This document shows, in pieces, positions 14,305 through 27,826 of a stretch of 64,000 bases of DNA (the stretch's first letter is position 1; each line of letters starts with the position of its first letter). Source of the stretch: the human T2T-CHM13v2.0 reference genome, Homo sapiens. Made by a program: the position numbers and the translations under genes. Below the pieces are notes generated by a model. It worked only from the letters and a program-made list of their open reading frames with translations. It did no database searches and was not told the origin of the DNA. The stretch lies in NCBI RefSeq assembly GCF_009914755.1, contig NC_060926.1. One strand, written 5' to 3'.

Positions 14305-15760
14305 AAAGTGTTTCTTAACACAGAAAATGTACCAACCATAAAGGAAAAAATGGATTTTGACTACATTAGAATGTAAAATTATTGTATGACAAAAGACACC
14401 ATACATAAAGTGAAAGGCCAAAGCATAAAATATTTGCAACTCATATTTTCAACCAAGAAAAGATTAGTATCCTAAAATAGAAGAAAATACTACCAAAGAA
14501 AAAGGCCACAACCCAACGAAAAAAATGAGCAGAAGGTATATACTGTCAGTTAATAGAAGAGCAGCCTCTAAAGACCAATAAACAGATGAAAAAATTCTCT
14601 AGTTGTTGTATTAATCCATTTTCACACTACTATAAACAAATACCCGAGACTGGGTAATTTATTACAAAAAAAAAGAGGTCTAATTGACTCACAGTTCCAC
14701 AAGGCTGGGGAGGCCTCAGGAGACTTACAATTATGACGGAAAGTGAAAGGGAAACAAACATGATCTTCACAAGGCTGCAGGAAAAAAGAAAACGAAGAGG
14801 AAGAGCCCCCTTATAAAACCATCAAATCTCGTGAAAACTCACTCACTATCGTGAGAACAGCATGGGGGAAGCCTCCCCCACAATCCAATCACCTCCCTCC
14901 CTCCCTCCACACATGGGGATTACAATTTGAGATGAGATTCAGGTGGGGACACAGAGACAAACCATATCACTAGTAATCAGGAAATGCCAGTTAAAATCAC
15001 AAATGAGATACCATTTCACACTCACCTAAATAACTAAAATCTGAAAGTCTGGTAATACCACATTAGCGAGGATATTGAACAACAGGAACTCTGATACATG
15101 ACAGGGTGTGTGCATTTGCACAACCACTTAGAGCAATTTTGCGGTATCTGTTCACATAGAAGATGCTCGTGGCCTTCAAGGAAACAACTTCACCTTCAGT
15201 TATATGCTGCTCAGACAGGTACAGAATGAGATACACATAATTCTTTGTAATGTGAATAGGTTAGAAGGTTGATGTTCATTACTAGTAGAACACATAATTG
15301 TGGTTTCATAATCACACAATGAAATGTTATATCTCAGTTAAAATGAATAAATGCCTACATATTTCAACACAGATTAATCGAAAATGTAAAGTTGAATAGA
15401 AAAGAGCAAGTGACAAAAAGTCATTTCCGGTATATCTTTTATGTAAAAGAGAAAAACACAAACAATATCTTATTTATTCATGAATAAATATGTAGAAAAA
15501 GTATAAAAACATGGACAGGAAAAATGTATATCAACGATAAGAAGCTATTACCTCTGGAGAGAGGTAACATCTCAGTTGAGGCTAGGAAGGCATTTCAACT
15601 CCAACTAAAATTTTTTTATTCCTTTTTTTGTTTGTTTTTTAATCGAGGCTAATGTAGCCAAATGTTAACAGTTTCAAAAATTGTGTATAAATAAATATAT
15701 GCTGTTATACTTTTATCTGTGCTTTACTGTATATTTGAAGTATTTAATAATTAACTTTCT
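14305..15760 (+). mobile_element. Old L1 (L1ME-like) ORF2/3' fragments, interrupted by a THE1 LTR
   Basis: AATCAGGAAATGCCAGTTAAAATCACAAATGAGATACCATTTCACAC is typical L1 ORF2 3' sequence. Confidence 0.65.
14604..14969 (-). mobile_element. THE1 (THE1C/D-like) MaLR solo LTR
   Basis: TGTATTAATCCATTTTCACAC...GTGGGGACACAGAGACAAACCATATCA; 5-bp TSD CTAGT. Confidence 0.9.
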
Positions 15761-15761
15761 G

Positions 15762-16232
<471 letters not shown>

Positions 16233-16749
16233 TTAGGCGCTAATACACATCAACGTCCATTCAGTAACTTCCCTTTGGAACGTGGGCGAGATTAAGTCTA
16301 ATTTCCACAGTTAACACGCGAAAGCTGGAGTCAAGGAATCCTTTGCTTATATAATTGGTGTTTTACATGGGATAGCTGTTTGAGTTGTATCTAACCTACA
16401 TTTGATGTATCGCAAATGCCCTGGCTCCTTTAAAAGGACAGGTTATGACTCATTCACGAGCAAGTTGAGAGGAAATTGGAAGCAGCTGGGGAAACTGTAC
16501 TGCAGGGTCTTTTTGCTGGATGAGGAAACCGAGGTTAGAGAGAGTTGGGGCTTGTGCCAAATCTCCAGGTTTCCCATACTGGAGCCAGGGCCCTGGTTTC
16601 TTGACGCCCTGTGCAGGGTTGCCTATGTATTTCTTTTTACGGATAGATTGAAACATACTCAGGGAAGAGAACTAGAAAAAGGTTTTATCCAATTCTTTTT
16701 CTCTCTGTGCTGTTGTCGTATCTCTACATTAAAAGTTTACAGAAACTGT

Positions 16750-17053
16750 GGCGAGGTGCGGTGGCTCAAGCCTGTAATCCCAGCGCTTTGGGAGGCCGAG
16801 GTGGATGGATCACCTGAGGTCAGGAGTTCAAGACCAGTCTGGCCATCATGGCGAAACTCTACCTCTAGTAAAAATACAAAAATTAGCCAGGCATAATGGC
16901 GCACGCCTGTGGTCCCAGCCTCCCAGGAGGCTGAGGCAGGAGAATCGGTTGAACCGGGGAAGGCGAAGGTTGCATTGAGCTGAGATCTCGCCACTGCACT
17001 CCAGCCTGGGTGACAGAACGAGACTCCATCTCAAAACATAAAATAAAAAAATA
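16750..17053 (+). mobile_element. AluS
   Basis: Full Alu; TSD AAA(G/A)TTTACAGAAACT. Confidence 0.9.
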
Positions 17054-19443
17054 AAATTTACAGAAACTATGTAATGATACATCTCTGGTAACCAGTTTAT
17101 TTAAAGAAACTCAATTCGTAGAAGGAAATAACAGAAAAGGGCTCGATACATAGGTTTTTAATCACGACTTTCATCCGTGTTTTGTCAAATCATCATTTCC
17201 ATCCCTTAGTGTCATTTTAGGCAGATTTGATAACTCTCAGGTCACTTTTAGTTATTAAAATTGATCTAAACTAATCTCGTAAGGTATTCAAAGCTCTTCT
17301 CTTCTTCCTCAGCATAAGTTTGGATTGTATATGAGCATGTATGTATGTGTGTACATACATGAGCTCTGAAATACCATCTCAGGGCCTAGATCTCTTTTGG
17401 GGGGCCGCAAAAGGGAGAGGAAGCTTAAGAGATCTGCTTCCATGGCTGGTGGTCTTCTGTTGGTGATGGGGGTCACCAGTATCACACTGGTGTCTTGTGA
17501 TTCTCTCTGAAACTAGGGCCCTCTATTAGTTTTAGGCCACCAAGGGGCCATACAGTGTCTGGGCCTATTAAAAACCAGTACCCCCAAGGGCAACTTCTGG
17601 GATGCCAGGAATGTTTTATACCTTGTCCTGCTCTCCCCAAGACATCCATAGTCAAGCTCCTCAAGGCCAGGGAACCACAGAGAGCAGACTGTTGGAGAAC
17701 CTGTGCTAAACACATGTGGATTTACAGGGCTCAGTTGCTATCCAAGCATACACAGGCACCAGGATGCCTTCCCTGATTCAGTGTAGCCTCTGTTGAGGCC
17801 TTGCTTTTGCCCCGAGATGAATCTGTTCTGCTCTATTAAACTAAGGACTGGCCAATGAATCCCAATGAATAATTGATCAGTAACTACATCAATGCTCTTT
17901 CAGTGGTGAGCTAGGGAAAGAGGGAAAAGGAGAAATGAGCCTCTCCCATCTGGGTTGTAATATCTAATGGTGAAAGAAGCAGCATGCAAAGCCTTTATTC
18001 ACATAGCTATTTTGTTCTGTTTGGTTGGTTGTATGGAGGAAGGAAGAGTGGAGGGGAAGGAAGACATGCCTGTTCTAATCAAAGACTTTTTTATTTTGTA
18101 AAAACAGAGGGTCACCCAGAAGCTACTTCTGGAGCTGGGGTGGTCTCCTCATCTGACCATGTCCACTCCTCGCAGCTTTACCTGTCCATCCGTACTCACT
18201 TTTATTAAGCCTTTGGGTAGTGGTTCTGTCTCACGCTGACCTGTATTGTAAAATGGTTCCTACTCACCAAGGTAGCTGTGAGCATTCTACCTCCAAGAGG
18301 AAGCTGTCCTTAAAGAGAGCATCATTCGTGCCAAATGGCAGGTTTGCTTGGCTCTTTGGACCTTGTCAGGGACCTTCCATTTCATAGGAAATTTTCCACA
18401 TCCTAATTTCATTCAATTCAGAAACTCTAGGCAGTTAAGACTCCATTCATTAGGGACTCTTATCTGAAATTCTGTTTTCAGAGTCAAATATCTGTGGGTG
18501 GTAATTGATTTAAATTGTATGTATTTTGGAATAATTCATGGAATACTTTGATTAAGCACTACAGCCCATATATTAATGCAATTTCAATATTTTTTATGTT
18601 GCTGAGATGTTCAGTAATTGATCTGTGTTCTGTGCTGCTAAGACATTTTCAATTTGTATCATACAGAAGTTACAGAACTGAAATATAATTCATATGAATC
18701 ACACTTACACCTTGTAAATGTAGAGGCCCAGCTTCTGTCAAACGTTGAAAATGACATTTTGAGGGTCATGTAGGATATCCAGGGGGAGATTTTATTTATT
18801 TATAGGGTCAAAAAGATGCCCTTCTTTTTATCAATTGCAACATGTACTTATTTTATGTTTTTCCCTCTTAGTTTAAATTTTCATGACACTAATTTCCCTT
18901 TCAAATATGCAGTCATCATTTGCATCTTATGTCATTCACGTTAGCTAAAATTCGTCTCCCTTTAAAATATTATCATACAAACCAGAATAAAATGATCCTT
19001 GGCTTTCTATTTGTTTAGATTGTAAGGATCAACCTGGTTTGCAATCCACAGAGGAAAGAACAAATAAGTCATCTTCTCAGACAAGAGGCACATGGATCTG
19101 AAATATTATAACATGCAGGTCAAACATAAATGCACTTGAGGGTGATTGTAGACATGCAATTAGTACGACGCACAGCTTCATGGTATATAGTAAAATCAGC
19201 AGCTTCAAATCACATAAAACTCTCTAACTAACTAGACACCTTGCAAAAGTTCCTGAAATGCTTCAGAATGTCTCTCACGAACAGTGATCACAGTGATGGC
19301 TTCAAAGAACTGCCATGTCCCTTCACAGAAGAGAGGGGCTGGCTCATTTTTCCCAACTGGTTGTAAGGCCCTAGTTTCCCTTTAGAAAAAATTATAGAAA
19401 TCAAAAAATGTGAAAGAGAGATTACTAAGAATCCCAGGAACCT

Positions 19444-19607
19444 AACTGAGCACAGTGGCTCATGTCTGTAATCCCAACACTTTTGGAGGCTGAGGCGTGA
19501 GAAGAATTGCTTCAGCCCAGGAGTTTGAGACCAGCCTGGTCAACACAGTGAAACAACGTTGTCTCCAAAAAAAAAAAAAAAAAAAAAGAAAAAAGAAAAA
19601 AGAAAAA
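19444..19607 (+). mobile_element. Alu left monomer (FLAM-like)
   Basis: Single arm plus long A-rich tail; TSD AAGAAT(C/T)CCAG(G/A)AA. Confidence 0.8.
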
Positions 19608-20251
19608 GAATTCCAGAAATCGAATCAGAAATCTACCATTAGCATCCTTGAGCCACTAGTGATGCAAAGATATTGACAAATTGACAGATCATGTGCATTA
19701 CCTCACCTTACCCCTTTAGATGACTTAACAGAGGCACTTTCTCTAGAGATATTGAGAACTGACCAGGATTGCTGAATCTCTTTCCTTCACAGGGAGTTTT
19801 AAAGAACAGAACCTTCCCAGTTTTCTAACCTTCACATCCCTGCTTCCTACTCAAACGGATGTTGATGAAGACCTAAATGTCTCTCAGCCAGAGCTATTAC
19901 TACTGTTGCTACAGAGACCCCTCAAGAAACCTTCTGTGTGATGGGTCATATACCTTTAGCACTCTTATTCTGTTCAAGGTGTCTATTAATTTTCCTTCTA
20001 TCTTTCTTATATATTGAATAGTTTATCCTGGGCTTTAGCTTTTATGTGCTCTATCTCAGATTCTTTTTGTCATGCAAAGATAAAATGCTTACATTTTCCT
20101 ACCCTCAATTAATAGATCTGGCTACTTGGCTGTAAAGCACATTCAGTTTTCCATCTGGAAACATCAAGAGGTGAGACATTAATATCTCTGCAGTCTACTC
20201 AACCACCTTCTTCTCTGTGGTGGATGCCTATTATGTCGATTTAGCTCAGCT

Positions 20252-20350
20252 GGGACTACAGTTCCAGAATTCTCTTCCTTGCACGGGACTACAGTTCCAG
20301 AATTCTCTTCCTTGCACGGGACTACAGTTCCAGAATTCTCTTCCTTGCAC
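20252..20350. repeat. Perfect tandem repeat, 3 x 33 bp (GGGACTACAGTTCCAGAATTCTCTTCCTTGCAC)
   Basis: Three identical units starting at 20252, 20285 and 20318. Confidence 0.97.
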
Positions 20351-20441
20351 AGCAGACTTGGATCAGAAGAGAAATGTGGTTTGAGATTTAGAAGGCAGGA
20401 ATGAAACAATCGTATTTTTTTATGCTCAGAAGGTTGCTGCA

Positions 20442-20758
<317 letters not shown>

Positions 20759-23039
20759 AAGATTGCTGCAGGCACAGTGTGCTGTTGCTGCTCACACATG
20801 TTATCACTGCTCTAGCTGCTCCACTGGCTGGCAAGCGGTAGTAGCTGGGCCCGCAGCTCCTCCAGGTCCCACCAGGTCTCCTCTGTCAGCTTCTATGATT
20901 CCAGGGTGAAGGGCATCACTCTCCAAAGGAGAGGCCGCCAGCTTCCCCTGCAAGTCACCTGCATCAGAGAAGTTGTAGGATTGCAGGGAGGTAAGAGTCC
21001 AATACGAGGCCAGCCCATCCTCATGGTTCCACCTCACCCTCACATGCTCCAGTTTATCTGTGCTTCCCCTGCTTCATACCTATCTTTCCTTCCTGACGAC
21101 CTGTCCTTCTGACTTCAAGCTCCAGTATCAGAGGAAGAAGTAATAGCTTCACAGAGATGGTTTAGCCAGCTCCTACGTATTGCATACGGTTAAATCCCTC
21201 ATTACTGAACCATCCCTAGTGATTCTGCTTCTCTGATAAAACCATGAAGGATACACTAACTTTACTTGGTTGGGTACATTTTGGCAAATGAAGGAAAAAT
21301 GTTTTAGGCTACCACTGTTAAGGTCAAGATTAATTGTTCCTTAGCCTCACCGAGATGGGAAATCTCCAATCACATTCAAACATTTCTGGTTGGGTCAAAC
21401 ACCTGGAATTTGAACCAATAGTGTCATCAGCTTCCATCCTGGTGCTCAGAGCAGTTTAAAGTTTTCTGAGCAACCTAGCTTTAGGTTCTCTGACATGAAC
21501 AGCCCCAGGATGGGCTAATGGAGTACTGAGTGGCCAGGGTATAACCTTGATCTTTGGGAGTGCCCTGCTGCCAGTCTTCCACCAAAGCGGGGAAGCTCAG
21601 GACACAGAATCACTCTGACCTGCCCAATCAGCCTCCCCACCACGTTATAAGACATGTGAAGAGGCCTCCTCAGGGAAATAGTAATGTCACTGGCGGACAA
21701 GCAGTGAGAATTTACTTGACTCTTCTACATGGGTGGGTCTGTTGATTTTAAAGGATATGTTTTAAATTATGAGAGTTGCCCAGAAGCCACAAAAATACAT
21801 TTTCCTTACATGCATGCATATGTAGGGAGCTGATGAGGTCTTGAAAACACTTCAGGAAGTTTTCAATATTGTTCTGATGGCTGAACTTTCCTAAAGATAA
21901 TGGCTTAAAAAATTAGAGTTTCTTTTGGATTAAACTTAGATATACCAGTCATAACTTGTACAGGATCTTAAATAACCCCAAATCTAGACAAATAAGAGAA
22001 GTTTCCAAACACAGCTGCTTGACAATGAAGATTGCCAATGTTCTTGCTATGGGGAGAAGGAAATGATATTTTCAGAAATCTGTTTTCTTTCCTCCAGAGT
22101 TTGTTTTTCACTTAATCCAAGAATGAAGACTTAATGTTTTGTTAACTCTAAATATCCATCCCTGAAGTAATTTTGGGACAATCTTATTGCCTTAATCATC
22201 CTTACACCTTGGCTAAATTATGCTGGACTCTGCATAAGTTCAACCAAATAGAGTAATATGAATCTAGCTGGGCCTACAGGTGATCAATGACATGATCCTG
22301 CCAGGAAAATGTCATAGAAATGGAAACCAAAGGTAACCCAAATAAAGAAGATCACATATTTTGATATAAACTCCCACATTCAAGTTTGTCAGTATGGATC
22401 GTTAGAGCCTTGGGTTTCCCCAGGTCGTTCTAGCCTGAGGATACACATGGGCTCAGGCATGTGGGGCTGTTAGGGTGTTCACATATGTCACCTCTTCTTT
22501 ATCCATCTGAGCTCAATAACAATTAAGAGCTAGACAGAGGTGTCAGATAAGTGAAAATCAAAATTATCATCTTTATTACTAAGAATGGCTTAGTAATAAA
22601 GACAGATTACTTGTACAACAACAGGAGACTTATCCGTATTATCCCCAGTCACAGGCACAGCTGGACAACCTCAGTTTTCACCCGTAAGGTCAAGGTCTGC
22701 CCCGCTGAGCTTCCTGTATGATCAGAAACAGATGAGTCAGAAGATCCCAAAGGAGAGGAGGAAGAAGGGGAACGAGGTTAGCATACCCAGCTCCTCCCTC
22801 CCAAATCCCCCATCAGAGAAATCACTCCTCCTCCCATGGGGAGAAGGGAGAAAGGGGTGGGGAGAGAGGCCACAGTGCTGCTCTAGGGCGGCTCCTCCAT
22901 GTGACACTGCTCTCCTTCCTGGGCTCTGTGGCTGCCTCCTGCCAGACTCGAACACAGCTCTGGAGCTCTGGAGCCTTTAAGGAACTAAAAGTGGCTGAAT
23001 GATCTTTAGCAAAGCAGGATAGAATGTTTCTACTCTTTG

Positions 23040-23578
23040 GATCCTATGTTTTCATGGCAGCATTTTGCTAACAGAACCCCAATTCTGCTCAGGCTAAATA
23101 TTAAACATAAAATATTTAGCAAAGTACCAAGCCAAATATTTTCTTTCCCAGCTTCTCTTGCACCAAGGGATGGCCATATGACACAATTTGAACAATGAGA
23201 CATAAACAGAAGTCTCCTGAGTTTTCCTGCGAAATATTTTGATTTCTAGATTTTAAGAAAAAGACAGTAGTGTCCTCCCTTCACACTCCCTTCTTCCTGC
23301 CTTGGATTGGAAATGATGGAGTTATGGCAATCTTACAATCAGGAGAAGTCAAAGATGAAGGCAAAAACTGGCTAATTAAGAATGGTGCAGCAGATATGTA
23401 GAAAGAGACTAGATGCCTGGTGACACTTCGCTCAGCTGAGGTGAATGAACATCAGCCTACTTTTGGGATTCCTTGTCATGTAGGACAACAGAAACAAAAT
23501 AGAAAGATATTTGTATAAGACACTCTGAGATGGGTTTTCTGTTACTTACAGATACTTGCCACCTGAACTGCTAACAAC
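23040..23578 (+). mobile_element. MLT1 (J/K-like) LTR
   Basis: TTCCCAGCTTCTCTTGCACCAAGGGATGGCCATATGACAC...GGGTTTTCTGTTACTT. Confidence 0.65.
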
Positions 23579-24559
23579 CTTGCTTCCCCAAGCAGCTTCA
23601 GGGGAGCCCTTCCTAAAGCAGTAACGAATGAAGGAGGCTGCTTACCCTCTCTCTCCCCACAAACCCCAGCCAGCCAACTCTGGTAGTCACAGGAATGAAA
23701 CATGCTGCAGACATTTCACTCCATCTTGTCATCATCTATTCACAGTGTGGAGCAGAACCTCTTCCTTCACTCTTACCACTCACTTGCTATTTAATTTCTA
23801 CTCTCACTGTGTATACTAGACTCACCTTTTCATCAATAGTAACCACAGAGCCCATTCTCCTGGCTTTCTTTTTTAACCTAAGAGTCAGCTGATTTGCTAC
23901 ATCATCCACCATTTGGAAAAAACAGGATAAGCGAGAATTGTGTCTCTAATAAAGAGTCCATTTATAACAAGCTATTTTGTCACCAACTTCTCCAGCTTTT
24001 AAGCAATCAATTCCCTTCTCAGCAAATTCAATAACTCCTTATCGTCTTCAAAACCAGATTTGTAGTGAGTAGAGACAGAGGCTGAATTGAAGAGACTCCC
24101 AATACTAAGTCGATAAAGAAATCACATTCTCACCACCAAGGTAGTGCATCCTCAAATCCCAGAGAGCTCTATCTTACATAATTTAGTAGTATTCTATGTT
24201 AATGAAAGAAAGTCAGAGGATGTGGGGAAAGAGAAAAACAACTACCATATCATACCCTAATTGGCTGCTTCCTGAGACACACAAACAAATGTTTATCAGC
24301 CAAAGAAGATTACGAGCCAAAGAAGGTGTCTGGATTTTTGCTTTATTTTAATGAGAAATATTAAATACTATTTTTTTTTACTAAGAAACATTAACAGATC
24401 TAGGGAACTTTGCAACAAGTAACCACAAACTGGGTTATCTGTTTTTCACTTCCTTCTATAAAAGTATAACATTCTTTTAAATTAATCTGTATATTTATTA
24501 TAATGTTTCCTGTTGCTTTGTGGTTTCTGTACGCTTGCCTAACTCCGTGTGTCAATGAT

Positions 24560-25210
24560 TCTTATTTTATCAATTAAAATGCATTAAGCTGCAAGTAACA
24601 GAAAAACCTATCAAAGGGTTCTAACCACAAGAGCTTTTTTTGTGTGTTTAGCTATCAAGAAGTCTTGAGGCAGTCTGTCCTTGAGGTTGTTTAATGACTC
24701 GGTGATGTCATAAAGTACTAGATTTCTTTCTATCATTCCACCCTGCCTTCCCCAAAGAGTTGGTGATGTTGCAAGATGATTGTTACAGCTCTCAGAAGCA
24801 ATCCTCATAAGCAAAAAGGCAGAGCAAGGTTGGGCATGGTGGCTCAGGCCTGTAATCGCAGCACTTTGGGAGGCTGAGATGGGAGAATTGCTTGAGGCCA
24901 GGAGTTCAAGACCAGCCTGAGCAACATAGTGAGACCACCTTCTCTATCTATAGAAGAAAAAAAGGTAGAGCAAAAAGACAAAGACAAAATGGATTCTCTT
25001 CATGGGTCTCACTTATTTAGTGAAGAAACATTTTTGCAGCAGCATTCCAACAGACTTCCCTTTGAATTTCACTGGCCAGGAACATATCACATGGCAACCA
25101 CTGGCTGCAAACAGGGCTGGGAAATTTACTATGGCATCTTCAACCTTTCTGTAGAAAAAGGAAGGGAGCTGGGAACACTTGCTAAGTAGGCCACAAACAT
25201 TGCCTGCAAG
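24560..25210 (-). mobile_element. Old MLT1 LTR interrupted by an Alu monomer
   Basis: GCTGCAAGTAACAGAAAAACC...CACATGGCAACCACTGGCTGCAAACAGGGCTGGGAAA. Confidence 0.6.
24828..24960 (+). mobile_element. Alu left monomer (FLAM_C-like)
   Basis: Single arm; TSD AAAAAGG(C/T)AGAGCAA. Confidence 0.85.
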
Positions 25211-25758
25211 AGGATAAGCTTTCAGAGATCAGCAATTGCATATTTTTATTTGTTGTCTGTTTCCTTTTGTAATAAAACAATATATAAAAACAATAATAAC
25301 AGTAAATATACTCAAATAGTACTTTGAAAAAAAACACCCATAATTTCATACCATTGCAATGATTTTTTGTGTTTGTATTATCTTCCATTCACTGTCCATA
25401 GTCCATATTCATAAATATTTTATCTATTAGTAATCTAATTTTGTATTCTTTTCCATTTAATACTACATCATAATCATTTTTTCTGTTGTCCATAATTATA
25501 ATTTTAAAGAAAAATAATTTTTCATGGAGATTTTAATGTCACAGTTTACTTAGCCGTTTCACTGTTATTGAACCCATAGGTGATTCTCCATTTTTTGGCT
25601 AAAATAGATTATACTATAATATTACCTTTGTGTGTGGAAAGCTTTTCAGCTAGTAGATTATTTTAAGGGCAAAAAAGGTTATAAATATTTTTATAACATA
25701 AAGTGTTATACTCTCACACAACCATAATGACTGTTGTAGTTTAAAATTTTACTAGCAA

Positions 25759-25820
25759 CATATATATAATATATATTTTATACATATATAATAACTTACA
25801 TATATTATATATATACACAC
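25759..25820. repeat. Degenerate (TA)n microsatellite
   Basis: CATATATATAATATATATTTTATACATATATA... Confidence 0.8.
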
Positions 25821-26130
25821 TTTTGCAAATTTAATCAGAACCTCACCAACATGATATTTTAGATGATTTTTTTTCTGATTCATCAACTATAAAATGTTAC
25901 TTTATATTTTATTTCTGACCTTTTCCTTTTTCCTGGTGGGAAGACCAGGTAACTAGTCCAGCCAGGGTGAATCTTATAGGACCATAGCTGGGGCAAGATA
26001 GTTTCTTACCTAAAGCTAAGTTAAACCAAAATGCTATAGTTATTATCTTTGAAGGGTATATGTAAAAGAGATTTGGGCTGATTTTTATTTTACTCCTTGT
26101 TTTTTTCTAATAGGAAAATGAATTGGATTA

Positions 26131-26246
26131 CTTAAGTAATGAGTATAATGCAAATGCTGCTTAGGTAATGAGTATAATGCAAATGCTACTTAGGTAATGA
26201 GTATAATGCAAATGCTGCATTATACTCATTACCTAATAGCATTTGC
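26131..26246. repeat. 3 x 29-bp tandem repeat followed directly by an inverted copy (fold-back)
   Basis: Units CTTA(A/G)GTAATGAGTATAATGCAAATGCT(G/A) at 26131, 26160 and 26189; 26216-26236 is the exact reverse complement of 26190-26210. Confidence 0.95.
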
Positions 26247-26739
26247 TATTTTTCTGTTAATGAGCTGAACTGTGGTATAGGTGTGTAAGCTGAAGAGGAG
26301 GGTCCAGGCAGGTCACCCAAACATGGAGAGCCAGGGAGCCGAGCAGGAATCCAGGGAGGTAAGGCCAAGGCTCAGGATGTCCACGGAGACCAGAGCAAGG
26401 AACAGCACATCCGAGTGGGCGAGGGTTCCTGTGTGCTCCTGAAGCAAGGCAGGAGACAGACCAGACCATTAAAAGGCCCAGGGAAGAACAGATTGTTTCT
26501 TTGATTGCTGCAAAGGCATTTCCTTGCTGTTCTTATTAATCTGGAGTAAATTATCTACACACATTCTACAACATGGCTTTGTCATTATAATATTGATTTA
26601 TTCATTCCTTTCACAAATATTTATCAAGCACCTCTCATGTGCCAAGTACTGCTGTAAGCACTGGGAAGCAGCATTAAAGAAAAAAGACAAAAGTCCCTAA
26701 CCAGAGAGGAAGGTTACTTGTTATAAAGAAATAAAAAGG

Positions 26740-26876
26740 GGCCGGGCACGGTGGTTCACGCCTGTAATCCCAGCACTTTGGGAGGTCGAGGTGGGTGGAT
26801 CACTTGAGGTTAGGAGTTCGAGACCAGCCTGGCCAACATGGTAAAACCCTGTCTCTACTAAAAATACAAAAATTAG
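26740..26876 (+). mobile_element. AluS left arm only
   Basis: GGCCGGGCACGGTGG...CTACTAAAAATACAAAAATTAG, then runs straight into (GGAA)n. Confidence 0.9.
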
Positions 26877-26924
26877 GGAAGGAAGGAAGGAAGGAAGGAA
26901 GGAAGGAAGGAAGGAAGGAAGGAA
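26877..26924. repeat. (GGAA)12 microsatellite
   Basis: 12 uninterrupted GGAA units. Confidence 0.95.
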
Positions 26925-26992
26925 GGGAGCCAGTTCCCACAGGATCTCACAGGCCATGCTAAGAACTAGGGATTGTTACGTTCTCCGTATGA

Positions 26993-27421
<429 letters not shown>

Positions 27422-27580
27422 TGAAAGCTAAGAGACCAATTGGAAGTTGCTGTAATAGCCTAAGTGAGGAATGCTAGAGGTTTGGACTAAGATGGAGGCA
27501 ATGGAACTGGTGAACAATAGTCAGATTCTGAATCATTTTTAAACATAGAGATGACAGAATTTGCTGATAGATTAAGTGTG

Positions 27581-27624
27581 GCATGAAAGAGAACAGGAGA
27601 CAGCATGAAAGAGAACAGGAGGCA
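27581..27624. repeat. 22-bp tandem duplication
   Basis: GCATGAAAGAGAACAGGAG(A/G)CA twice. Confidence 0.9.
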
Positions 27625-27826
27625 GCCACCATGAATCCTAGGTTTTTGGCCTGAACGGCTAGGTTGTGAATCAGTAATGCCTTTTACCATATTTTAGAAT
27701 GCTGGAGGAGGAGGAGGAGGAGGAGGAGGTTTGGAGGAGAAAATCAAAAGTTCGCATATCTTAAGTTTGAGATTAGATACCCAAGTGAAGATGTTGAGTT
27801 GGCAGTTGAATATATTTGTTTGGAGT

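Noticed and set aside
20252-20350. 33-bp repeats (and the 29-bp repeats at 26131) as a CRISPR array
   Set aside because: Units are head-to-tail with no spacers, there are no cas genes, and the context is primate DNA
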